Shown here: positions 8,620-17,258 of the stretch, in pieces | Layout of the letters: every line of letters starts with the position of its first letter | Position numbering within the stretch: the stretch's first letter is position 1 | Origin: Limnochordia bacterium | Lineage (GTDB): Bacteria > Bacillota > Limnochordia > DTU087 > JAAYGB01 | Assembly: GCA_041687495.1 (NCBI GenBank) | Contig: JAWLBR010000005.1 | Coordinates: forward strand, 601-64,600 | Direction of reading: 5' to 3' | DNA: 64,000 bases | Translations under genes and position numbers: made by a program | Notes under the pieces: model-generated | Databases searched by the model: none | Told to the model about the DNA's origin: nothing | What the model saw: the letters and a program-made list of their open reading frames with translations, nothing else

Positions 8620-8758
8620 TGATCCATTTTCTGAGGAACATTTTTCGCTTCCTAGGAATACACTACTAATCCCGGCACAGGGCATAACAATGACAAAATT
8701 GCTCACTCGGCGCGCGCAGGCTTAACTTAGCGCTGATAGTTTGGAAGGAGAGGGTTGC

Positions 8759-9859
8759 ATGCGCAGACCTATGGAGAAGAAGGTTTTCCCCGGAGGAAAT
8801 ACCGGGCTAGGATTCTTTTCGTACTACCAGTACATCATCCCACCGGAAAGGGCAGCTCGCATCATAATTCTGAAGGGCGGCCCTGGAGTCGGTAAGTCCA
8901 GTTTCATGCGCCAGATTCTTAGCAAAATGCAGGATCACCGGTACGATGCCGAGCTACATTACTGCTCTTCAGACGTGGATTCCCTCGATGCCATAGTCTT
9001 TCCTCAGATTGGAGTAGCACTGATGGACGGTACTGCTCCCCATATAGTTGATCCCAAACTCCCGGGTGCTGTCGATGAAATCCTGCACTTGGGTGATTAC
9101 TGGAATGAAGCAGGTCTACGAAAAGACCGCGAACAGATTACTGCCCTCACTCACAGCATCACTGGTTTCTTTCACTCTGCCTATCGGTATCTAGCCGCGG
9201 CTAAGACTGTGCACGACAACTGGGAGAGCATGGTTACCTCCGCTCAGAACTTCGGCTGGGTCAACCAGGTCACCAATGGTCTGGTTTCCGCCCTTCTTAA
9301 CGGAAAGAAGACAGCTGCCGCTCCCGGATACCAACGGCATCTTTTCGGAGCAGCCTTTACTCCTGGAGGGCCAACCGAGCACTTTGACTCCTTGCTCGAT
9401 CCCATCGAGAAAAAGGTAGTGGTGAAAGGCGCACCAGGGTCAGGTAAGTCTACTATGCTCAGCAAGATCGCGCAACAAGCGGCGGAGCGGGGCCTTGACG
9501 TGGAATACTACCACAGCCCTCTAGACCCTGAACGGGTGGATCACATCATCATCCCTGAGCTTCACACTGCAGTAGCTACCTCCAATGAGATTTTTAGTTA
9601 CGAAGCCTCAGACGTACTACAGGTGATCAATCTGGACGATGGACTGGACAGAGAGAAGATGAACCGATTTATCGGCGAAGTTGAAGAAGATAAACTCCAC
9701 TTCTTCCGCCTGCTCAATCGAGCCATCGGATATATCGTCCAGGCCAAGAGAGAGCATGACAGGTTGGAGGAAATGTACGTGCCAAACATGGATTTTGCCG
9801 CTGTAGACCAGGTGAGAGAAAAGGTATTGGACCGGATTCTGGCGATTGCGCAGGACTAG
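8759..9859 (+). CDS. Tandem-duplicated P-loop NTPase of unknown function (two Walker A motifs)
   Basis: GGPGVGKSS and GAPGSGKST sit in two halves that align to each other. ATG at 8759 has GGAGAGGG upstream; the listed ORF starts at TTG 8741. Confidence 0.8.
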   Translation: MRRPMEKKVFPGGNTGLGFFSYYQYIIPPERAARIIILKGGPGVGKSSFMRQILSKMQDHRYDAELHYCSSDVDSLDAIVFPQIGVALMDGTAPHIVDPKLPGAVDEILHLGDYWNEAGLRKDREQITALTHSITGFFHSAYRYLAAAKTVHDNWESMVTSAQNFGWVNQVTNGLVSALLNGKKTAAAPGYQRHLFGAAFTPGGPTEHFDSLLDPIEKKVVVKGAPGSGKSTMLSKIAQQAAERGLDVEYYHSPLDPERVDHIIIPELHTAVATSNEIFSYEASDVLQVINLDDGLDREKMNRFIGEVEEDKLHFFRLLNRAIGYIVQAKREHDRLEEMYVPNMDFAAVDQVREKVLDRILAIAQD

Positions 9860-9868
9860 TAGATAAGG

Positions 9869-9909
9869 CATCAGCGCCGCTGCTCTGTTCAGGAGCAGCG
9901 GCGCTGATG
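9869..9909. terminator. 17-bp perfect hairpin between convergent genes
   Basis: CATCAGCGCCGCTGCTC-TGTTCAG-GAGCAGCGGCGCTGATG. There is no clear U-run on either side. Confidence 0.55.
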
Positions 9910-9929
9910 TTGTGCCAGGATTATGGTAG

Positions 9930-11174
9930 CTACTGCCGTTCACCCCTACGTCTGGGGATAATCTCATGGTCTAGCACACGGCTGATGTCGCCAAAGGCCA
10001 GTTCCATGTCTTCACTGGCGTCAATGGGCCACAGCTTGCCTCTATCGGCGTAAAACTCTCGCAATGGGCCGATCTGCTCATTGTACACTTCCATACGTCT
10101 GCGGATGGTGTCTGGATTATCATCCGGCCGCTGAACCAGTTCTCCCCCGCAGTTACACACATCAGATTGGTAGAAGTCGATGTGATACGTGCGCGAGCAC
10201 CTGGTACATACCCGACGACCCGACAAGCGCCGAATCACCACTTCAACTGGCAGTTCCAGCAAAAACACGCCGTCAATTTCGTTTTGCAGAGAGGCTAAGA
10301 CGACCTCCAAGTGCTGCGCCTGCTCTAGGGTTCGGGGAAAACCATCCAAAATATAGCTGCTGAGAGTAGACAGCTTGTCGTCAAGAATCCTAAACACAAC
10401 GGAGTCTGGAACCATTTCGCCTTTGCTCATCATGGGAGCAACCTGACTGCCGATCACTGACCCTTTGGCGACTTCCTCCCGGAGGACATTGCCCATGGAC
10501 AGGTGAACAGTACCGTACTTTGTACTGAGCAGACGGGCTTGTGTCCCCTTTCCTGAACCCGGGGCTCCCAAAAGGATAATCCTTAGCCCGCGCGATGCAA
10601 CCTGCGGGACTTTCTGGATGCCTGGATCCGTAAAAATCTCGGCCACGTTCCGCGGCCCTGTGGAAAACTCTGAAATTACCGCGCCCTCAGGCCCCGCCTG
10701 GAACCAGTGTGGTGTGTTTGCCGGAATAGTGTACTGATCCCCCGGCTGCAGAACCACTTGGTGGCGCGCCGTGAAATGCCCTTGACGCTGCTTGGGCAGG
10801 ACCGCCTGTATGCTTTCTGCTGGGTCCCCAGCAACGTAGAGATATACCGTACCAAAGCGACAGCGGAAAATCTGCTCCTTCCCAGGGTGTTCACCTGCTG
10901 GCGGGTGTCGATGCTCAGGACAAGTTTGTCCTGGAAACAGCACCATCTCGCCCGCTGAATACAGTGCAGAGTCCACGTAGTTGAGCTGCTGCAGCCCAAT
11001 AATGTCCAAATCCCCCAAGCCAAAGTCAATAATTTCGATCTTGTCAGACTCACCGGAGCCGACGGCAATATTGGCCCGGGTGAGCATCTGCAGGGTTCTT
11101 TCCCTGGCTTCATGCAACTCTTGCAGCGAAAGCATTGGTACCACTCCATTTTCCTGCCCCAAAATACTCAGCAA
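9930..11174 (-). CDS. Fusion protein: N-terminal cupin (D-lyxose/D-mannose ketol-isomerase-like) and C-terminal adenylate kinase
   Basis: Residues ~1-190 carry FPGQTCPEHRHPP...GKEQIFRCRFGTVYLYV...IPANTPHWFQAG (YdaE-like cupin). Residues ~197-414 carry RIILLGAPGSGKGTQ...ILDGFPRT...CTRCSRTYH...CNCGGELVQRPDD (Adk with Cys lid). It is one uninterrupted frame, and there is no start codon at the junction. Confidence 0.85.
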   Translation of the reverse strand: MLSILGQENGVVPMLSLQELHEARERTLQMLTRANIAVGSGESDKIEIIDFGLGDLDIIGLQQLNYVDSALYSAGEMVLFPGQTCPEHRHPPAGEHPGKEQIFRCRFGTVYLYVAGDPAESIQAVLPKQRQGHFTARHQVVLQPGDQYTIPANTPHWFQAGPEGAVISEFSTGPRNVAEIFTDPGIQKVPQVASRGLRIILLGAPGSGKGTQARLLSTKYGTVHLSMGNVLREEVAKGSVIGSQVAPMMSKGEMVPDSVVFRILDDKLSTLSSYILDGFPRTLEQAQHLEVVLASLQNEIDGVFLLELPVEVVIRRLSGRRVCTRCSRTYHIDFYQSDVCNCGGELVQRPDDNPDTIRRRMEVYNEQIGPLREFYADRGKLWPIDASEDMELAFGDISRVLDHEIIPRRRGERQ

Positions 11175-11332
11175 TATTATCCATTGTTAATAACAATAGA
11201 TTCCCTATGTTCTAGTCTGGTTCCTGCCCTGGAATTTCACTCAAACGGCCCGCGTTTTTGTCGCCAACTAGAAGGATTAGCAGCTCTGTTCAGACAAAGA
11301 CTTTTTAGAGGATTGATGCAGAAAGGGGACTA

Positions 11333-12067
11333 TTGTTGACTAGGTACCGGGTATTCGCCATCGGAGATCTGCATCTGCCTGGTGCAGACAATAAGACTAT
11401 GGACGTCTTTGGACCCACCTGGCAAAACCACCGCGAACGAATGAAGGAGCAGTGGGACCAGTTGGTACGTCCAGAAGACTATGTTCTATGCCCTGGGGAC
11501 ATCTCTTGGGCGATGAACTTGGTGGAGGCCGAAGCAGATCTAGCCTTTCTCGGCCAGCTGCCAGGCAAAATCATCATGATCAAAGGTAACCACGACTACT
11601 GGTGGCAAAGCATAACTCAGCTTCGCGCCCAGCTACCCGCCAATGTTCAGGCTATCCAAAACGACTTTGTTGCCCTTCCAGGGAACCTGGCCGTATGCGG
11701 TACTCGCGGTTGGCTCCATCCCGAGGCACCAAACTTTTCTATAGAAACCGACACAAAGATCTATCAACGGGAGGTTAACCGACTGCGGCTTTCTCTAGAT
11801 GCTGCTGTCCAGGTCAATAGGAAGCCCACTTTTGTTATGCTTCACTATCCACCCTTTACGGATGGAGGAATTCCTTCAGGGTTTACGGAACTGCTGGAAG
11901 AGCGGGAGGTTCCCATCTGCGTCTACGGACATCTGCACGGCTACTCCATCACCTCCGCAATAACGGGCCTGATCCAAGGGACCGATTACCACCTGGTCTC
12001 AGCCGACGCTTTGGGCTTTGCCCCCAAGCTGATCGGCACTTTCCCCGTGTGTGCTGCGGACCGGTGA
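11333..12067 (+). CDS. Calcineurin-like metallophosphoesterase
   Basis: GDLHL, GDISW, GNHDYW, LHYPP and GHLHG motifs. TTG start. Confidence 0.85.
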   Translation: MLTRYRVFAIGDLHLPGADNKTMDVFGPTWQNHRERMKEQWDQLVRPEDYVLCPGDISWAMNLVEAEADLAFLGQLPGKIIMIKGNHDYWWQSITQLRAQLPANVQAIQNDFVALPGNLAVCGTRGWLHPEAPNFSIETDTKIYQREVNRLRLSLDAAVQVNRKPTFVMLHYPPFTDGGIPSGFTELLEEREVPICVYGHLHGYSITSAITGLIQGTDYHLVSADALGFAPKLIGTFPVCAADR

Positions 12068-12152
12068 GGGTAAGTAGACCGGTTCCGATGGTTTCGGCGC
12101 CCGCAAGAAGCCCAGCCTACCCGCGACACCTTGACAAGGAGGCATCTTTACC

Positions 12153-12632
12153 ATGGACGTGTTTGCAGCCATCTCTTCCCGCCGGTCAGTGCGCAGCTTT
12201 ACCGACAAACCCATATCCCCAGAAACGCTGGAGAAGCTCCTAGAAGCCGTTCGGCTGGCCCCCTCCGGAAACAACAGTCAACCGTGCCGTTATGTGGTGA
12301 TACAGGACAAGGCCATCAAAGAGGAGTTAGTTTCCAAGGCGTGCCACCAAGCTTTCATCGCTGAGGCCCCGGTGGTAATCGCCGTGTGCTGCCCTCCCGG
12401 TAACGACATCAACGCGGCCATTGCCGTCGATCACTTGACTCTGCAGGCGAAAGAGGAAGGTTTGGGAACCTGCTGGATTCGCTGGTTCGAGAAAGACATC
12501 GCCGCTGAGCTTCTCAATGTGCCCGACGGAATGGAAGTTGCGGTCGTCGTACCCGTCGGTTTTGCTGCTGAGCATCCAGACCCAACGCAAAGACTCGCCC
12601 TCACTGAGCTGGTTCACTACGACCGCTGGTAA
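12153..12632 (+). CDS. Nitroreductase family protein
   Basis: 159 aa, MDVFAAISSRRSVRSFTDKPI...APSGNNSQPCRYVVI. AAGGAGG upstream. Confidence 0.88.
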   Translation: MDVFAAISSRRSVRSFTDKPISPETLEKLLEAVRLAPSGNNSQPCRYVVIQDKAIKEELVSKACHQAFIAEAPVVIAVCCPPGNDINAAIAVDHLTLQAKEEGLGTCWIRWFEKDIAAELLNVPDGMEVAVVVPVGFAAEHPDPTQRLALTELVHYDRW

Positions 12633-12699
12633 GAACAAAGCCGTTCACAAGCACAGCTCTCCCAAAACCGTCATATGCTGGGGTGGGAGGGATCGCCAG

Positions 12700-13020
12700 G
12701 TGGAACAACTCAGATACCGAGTCTATCGAACCGAAAACACACAATACAGTAGGTTCACTCCACCCGCTGGCCACAGGATCGCAATGACTCAGGTCAACAT
12801 TGACAACAGCGAGCAATGCCAGTTCTGTGTGAGGATTGACATCGGTGAGAAGACTCGATTTATGGCTTATCTTGGCGAGGATGTACACCGCAGCGAGCAG
12901 ATTCATATCAAGCTTCCTCGCCCCATCATCGGTAGACCCGACGAGCCGATTACCATTGATGTATCGGATCAACTGCCGATAGCTATCACTATCTCTGGAT
13001 ACGAACTTCCTGCCAACTAA
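12700..13020 (+). CDS. Hypothetical protein (106 aa)
   Basis: This is the downstream part of listed ORF 12517..13020. GTG at 12700 has GGGAGGG 7 nt upstream, and a + oriented terminator follows at 13033..13080. I recognise no motif. Confidence 0.45.
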   Translation: MEQLRYRVYRTENTQYSRFTPPAGHRIAMTQVNIDNSEQCQFCVRIDIGEKTRFMAYLGEDVHRSEQIHIKLPRPIIGRPDEPITIDVSDQLPIAITISGYELPAN

Positions 13021-13032
13021 AGAGCATAAGGC

Positions 13033-13080
13033 AAACCCGGGAAACCGCCATCAGTGATGCTGTTCCCGGGTTTTGCTTTG
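13033..13080 (+). terminator. Intrinsic terminator
   Basis: AAACCCGGGAA...TTCCCGGGTTT followed by TGCTTTG. Confidence 0.7.
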
Positions 13081-13091
13081 TCGTGCGGCGG

Positions 13092-14441
13092 CTAGTCTCC
13101 GGACACCGCTAATCCTTCGACCAATACTGATGGAGCACCGTAGGTTCCGGCAGCAGACGGTAAGCCAAACTTCAGGTCAGAACCGACAGCCACGATCTGC
13201 TTCAGCATCTGATAAAAGTTTCCCGCCAAGGTGATCTGCTCCACCGGGGATACGATCTTCCCTGCTTCGACGAGGTAACCCTTCGCAGCCAACGAAAAAT
13301 CTCCCGACACTGCATTAGCCCCGGAGTGCAGACCCTGCAAATCGATGATCACCAAGCCACTATGCATCTGCTGCACCAGCTGCTCTAGATCCAGGGTTCC
13401 CGGCTGGACGTAGAAATTCGAAGGGGCCACCTTAACGACACCCTTATAGGAACCCTTTACCCCGTTACCGGTCGATTCTACACCCTCTTTAGCCGCGGTC
13501 TTAAGGTTGTGCAGCAGCGTGGTCAGCACCCCGGCCTCGACAACGCGCTTCGTTCTCGTCGCCACTCCCTCAGCATCAAAGGGCACGGAGGAAGGACCTT
13601 GTGCAAGCAGCGGATCATCTACGATAGTTACATTCGAACCAGCGATTGCCTCACCAACGCGCTCAGCCAGTAGGGACAATCCCTTCTGGGCGGCCTCTGC
13701 CGAAAACACAGAACTAAAGGTCTGGAGCAGGTCTGCGGCTGCGTCGTGCCGCAGAATCACAGGGTAGGTTCGTGAAGGAACCGACTTAGCCCCCAGCAAG
13801 CTGATGGCCTCAGCAACAGCGGCCTTGGCCAATCGAATTCCATCGAACTGGTCAAAGCGGGGACTTACCTGAAACCGAGAGGCAGTCTTGGTCTCTTCTC
13901 CCTCACTGACGACCACGGATACGTAGGCAAAGGCAATGTCATCACTGTGGCTCAGGTCCAGTCCTTTGGTATTCACAAGCCGAACTTCCGTAGACTGATC
14001 TCCGTAGAGGCAGTAGTCGACGGTGCGTACCCTTTTGTCTAAGCTCTTGGCTGTGGCTTCTAGTTCTTTCGCAAAGGCAATCTTGTCCGACGCTGCGGCA
14101 CGAATTCCACCTGAAGGTTTCAGACTGGGATACGTGCTGCTGCCGGCAAAAATCTCAGCAACATCGTCGGAGTCCACAACCTTGGCATTGGCGACGGCGT
14201 TCTCCACCAAGAACTGAATCGCTGCCTCATCCAGCTTTTCGGTGTAGGCGTAGCCGAACTTACCGGCGTACTTGCCCCGAAAACTCAAGCCGCCACTTTG
14301 GCTGACCGTATAGCTGTCGAGTTCCTGTTCAAACACTTTCACTTCAAACTCTCCATTGGTCTGCTGGTAGACTTCCATATCTGTCAGCCCCGCGGCTAAT
14401 CCTTCCTGAAACAACTTGTGGACAAATACGTCAAATTCCAT
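13092..14441 (-). CDS. pmbA: TldE/PmbA metalloprotease-family protein
   Basis: 449 aa of the PmbA/TldD family. It starts 2 nt after the tldD stop. Confidence 0.85.
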   Translation of the reverse strand: MEFDVFVHKLFQEGLAAGLTDMEVYQQTNGEFEVKVFEQELDSYTVSQSGGLSFRGKYAGKFGYAYTEKLDEAAIQFLVENAVANAKVVDSDDVAEIFAGSSTYPSLKPSGGIRAAASDKIAFAKELEATAKSLDKRVRTVDYCLYGDQSTEVRLVNTKGLDLSHSDDIAFAYVSVVVSEGEETKTASRFQVSPRFDQFDGIRLAKAAVAEAISLLGAKSVPSRTYPVILRHDAAADLLQTFSSVFSAEAAQKGLSLLAERVGEAIAGSNVTIVDDPLLAQGPSSVPFDAEGVATRTKRVVEAGVLTTLLHNLKTAAKEGVESTGNGVKGSYKGVVKVAPSNFYVQPGTLDLEQLVQQMHSGLVIIDLQGLHSGANAVSGDFSLAAKGYLVEAGKIVSPVEQITLAGNFYQMLKQIVAVGSDLKFGLPSAAGTYGAPSVLVEGLAVSGD

Positions 14442-14442
14442 A

Positions 14443-15837
14443 TCACTCTGCCTCCTTTCGGCCGCCTACGGTGATGGACGACACCCGAATACAGGGCTGA
14501 CCCACATCCGCAGGGATGGATCCACTGACAGAACCGCACATCCCCTGCCCGAAATCCAAATCGTTGCCGACCATGTCTATCTTCAAGAGCACTTCTGACC
14601 CCCGCCCAATGAGTGTGCCTCCCCGCACCGGCTTGTCAATTCTCCCATCCTTAATGAGATAACCTTCCCGCACGGCAAAGTTGAAGTCACCTGTGGCAGG
14701 GTTAACCGAGCCGCCGCCCATATACCTGGCATACAGGCCATACTCGGTAGAGGCGATGATTTTCTCAGGGGTCGACGTCCCGTTGGCAATGTAAGTATTG
14801 GTCATCCTGGATGTAGGCGCAAATTTGTATGACTGACGCCTGGCCGATCCGGTGCGGTCCATATTCATTCTGCGCCCATTTAGCTTGTCAACCATGTACC
14901 CTTTGAGGATACCCTTCTCGATGAGGACGTTGCGGCGAGTTGGGGTTCCCTCATCATCAATGTTGGCAGAGCCCCAAGCATTACCGATGGTTCCATCGTC
15001 AATGGCCGTGACAACATCTGAAGCAATCTTCTGGCCCAGTTTATCGGAGAAGACAGAATGCCCCTTGGCCACAGATGTCGCTTCGAGACCATGTCCACAC
15101 GCCTCGTGGAAAATGACTCCGCCGAACTCGTTGGCAATAACCACTGGCATTTTTCCGCTGGGGCAGAGGTCGGCGTTGACCATGGTCACTGCGGACCTGG
15201 CTGCCTCTCTTGCTTGAGCCTCCACATCAACAACGCTGTCAAACAGCTCAAATCCCATGTGGCGACCCGGTGAAGACACACCGGTCTGCTTCTCTCCGTT
15301 TTTGCTAGCGACGGCTTGTACGGAGAACCTCGTCCTCACCCGCTGATCTTCGGCTACCAAGCCCTCGGAGTTGGCCACTAGTACGTTTTGTTCCTCATCG
15401 GCAAACCCCACCCGAACTTGAGTCACAAGGTCGTCATAGGCAGAGGCTGCTTTATGGGCTCTCCGCATGAGGTCTACTTTCTTATGGGTTTCCACGGTGT
15501 GCGGCATAATCCGAATCGGATGGCTGTTGCCGGTAGGCACCTGGTTGAGCTGAAGATCCAGCCTACCACTGACTCCGGCAATGGCAGCGGCAGCCTGTCT
15601 TGCCGCAGCCAACAAACCTCCCCGGCTGGAGTCATTTGTATAACCATATACACTGGTCAAGCCCCGAAAAATTCGGATTCCAACTCCGTGATCTCGGCCA
15701 GAAATCCCTTCTTCCACCTGCCCATTGACCATTGTCAACGATGTCCGCAGTGTATCCTCGACAAACAATTCAGCAAAATCCCCCCCAGTTGAGAGGGCTG
15801 CCGCCAAAACATCCTTAATTAAGTCGAGTTTCAGCAA
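14443..15837 (-). CDS. tldD: TldD metalloprotease
   Basis: 464 aa with the HEACGHGLE zinc motif. TTG start. Confidence 0.88.
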   Translation of the reverse strand: MLKLDLIKDVLAAALSTGGDFAELFVEDTLRTSLTMVNGQVEEGISGRDHGVGIRIFRGLTSVYGYTNDSSRGGLLAAARQAAAAIAGVSGRLDLQLNQVPTGNSHPIRIMPHTVETHKKVDLMRRAHKAASAYDDLVTQVRVGFADEEQNVLVANSEGLVAEDQRVRTRFSVQAVASKNGEKQTGVSSPGRHMGFELFDSVVDVEAQAREAARSAVTMVNADLCPSGKMPVVIANEFGGVIFHEACGHGLEATSVAKGHSVFSDKLGQKIASDVVTAIDDGTIGNAWGSANIDDEGTPTRRNVLIEKGILKGYMVDKLNGRRMNMDRTGSARRQSYKFAPTSRMTNTYIANGTSTPEKIIASTEYGLYARYMGGGSVNPATGDFNFAVREGYLIKDGRIDKPVRGGTLIGRGSEVLLKIDMVGNDLDFGQGMCGSVSGSIPADVGQPCIRVSSITVGGRKEAE

Positions 15838-15972
15838 GTACTACTCACTCTCCCTTCACTACTAGCCATTTTTGACCAACATCGAGCATTTTCCTCCGAC
15901 ACAGACAGATCTTGCTGGACAAAAAAAGGCCGTCCTTTTGAACGAGCACTGGCGCTCATCCGAGACGGCTGA

Positions 15973-16143
15973 CTACCTCTTCGTCATGGTGTTGTCTTCT
16001 AGAACCCCAAGAATTTTCTGCTTCTCCTCTTCCAACTGCTCTTTGAGTTCACTGCCTATTTCTCGCCAACGCTCCGTTAATTCGTGCGGAAAAGACCACG
16101 TCTGCTGTCCGCCGGTACTGACTACCATCTCCTGGTGCATCAT
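15973..16143 (-). CDS. Hypothetical small protein (56 aa), translationally coupled to the USP gene
   Basis: ATGA overlap with the USP stop. GGAGGAGG lies 7 nt upstream of ATG 16143. A hairpin plus T-run follows the stop (about 15921..15972). Confidence 0.5.
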   Translation of the reverse strand: MMHQEMVVSTGGQQTWSFPHELTERWREIGSELKEQLEEEKQKILGVLEDNTMTKR

Positions 16144-16607
16144 TCCGAAACCTCCTCCGGCGTGATAATTACGGGACACGCTGCGTACTCAATAACCCGC
16201 TCGGCGACCGTCCCAATAGAGATGCGGCGGGGCCCTCGCTTACCGACCCGGGCCATGAGAATGCAGCTTGCGCCACTGCTTTCGGCCTCAGCAATAATTT
16301 CCTTATATGCCACACCCCTGCGCAGATGCGTCTCACAGCTGGATCCGTGATCTTCTGCCAGCTTTTGTACCGCCTTCAGATAGTTCTCTCCATTCCTGAG
16401 TAGCTCTCGTTCGATCTGAGCGGCTGGAACCGAGCCAAATCGGGCCAAGTCAGAAATTACCTGCTCATCAATAATGTGCAAGGCCGCCACTCTGCCGCCA
16501 CAGCCGCTGGCAGCAGTTAGTGCCATCTCGGCGGCTCCCAATGATTGAGCTGACCCATCCACTGGCACCAAGATCAGCCGAAAAAGCTCTTGAGTCACAC
16601 GAATCAA
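16140..16607 (-). CDS. Universal stress protein (UspA family)
   Basis: 155 aa with LVPVDGS...AALHIID...CPVIITP. It has a TTGA overlap with the atpD stop. The likely true start is GTG 16598, which has AGAGAGG upstream. Confidence 0.85.
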   Translation of the reverse strand: MIRVTQELFRLILVPVDGSAQSLGAAEMALTAASGCGGRVAALHIIDEQVISDLARFGSVPAAQIERELLRNGENYLKAVQKLAEDHGSSCETHLRRGVAYKEIIAEAESSGASCILMARVGKRGPRRISIGTVAERVIEYAACPVIITPEEVSE

Positions 16608-17224
16608 CCTCTCTGCCGTGACTTACCCAACTTAAGAATGAACATCGACTCCCGTTCCCGCTCTTCGAGCGCCCCCTGAATACGGTGCAGCATCTGGCGA
16701 TACTCTGGTACGAAGACCTTTTCCAACGCGTTTACCCTCTTTTGAGTTCGACTGGCCTCTTCGGCCAGACGAGCCAAAGCCGTGTATGCCTCAGCCAGAT
16801 GGCAAAGCTGGACTAGCGCCTGTCGAAACGCAATACTGCTATCGTCAAGGGCAGGTGTATTCTCCATGAAGCTGTATTCCAAGCGTTCCTGCGACTCCTG
16901 CACCGACACCTCTGGGATAGGTACTCCCATAATACTGCGCTCGCGAATATCCAGGGTAACGGTATTCCTGGCCGCTAAAGCTGCTCTGCGAACTGTTTCT
17001 ATACCTGAGGCTAGGTGTGCAAGTTGCAGAGCATCGTAGGCCTGCCGCAGCGTCTGCTCGACCTCTTTGCGCTGTGCTTCCGCTTCATCTAGCCGGTCGA
17101 TGACTTCATGCATCAGTACATCCTGCTTTTCCTCCAACAATGAACTGGAGCTTTCCACAAACGCCAGTTCCTTGCGCAAGCGCAGCAGACTTCCGCTGGT
17201 CGTTGGAACATTTCGCAAAGACAC
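16604..17224 (-). CDS. atpD: V/A-type ATP synthase subunit D
   Basis: 206 aa coiled-coil central-stalk protein in the position after subunit B. GGGGAGG RBS. Confidence 0.85.
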   Translation of the reverse strand: MSLRNVPTTSGSLLRLRKELAFVESSSSLLEEKQDVLMHEVIDRLDEAEAQRKEVEQTLRQAYDALQLAHLASGIETVRRAALAARNTVTLDIRERSIMGVPIPEVSVQESQERLEYSFMENTPALDDSSIAFRQALVQLCHLAEAYTALARLAEEASRTQKRVNALEKVFVPEYRQMLHRIQGALEERERESMFILKLGKSRQRG

Positions 17225-17258
17225 GCTTTAGTACCTCCCCAATTACAGCTGCCATTGG

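Noticed and set aside
8457-8740. Possible chromosomal origin (oriC) because of the DnaA boxes
   Set aside because: No dnaA/dnaN or other origin-linked genes are nearby. There is no marked AT-rich unwinding element or DnaA-trio that I can see, and only four boxes. I treat it as a regulatory or titration cluster unless GC skew says otherwise.
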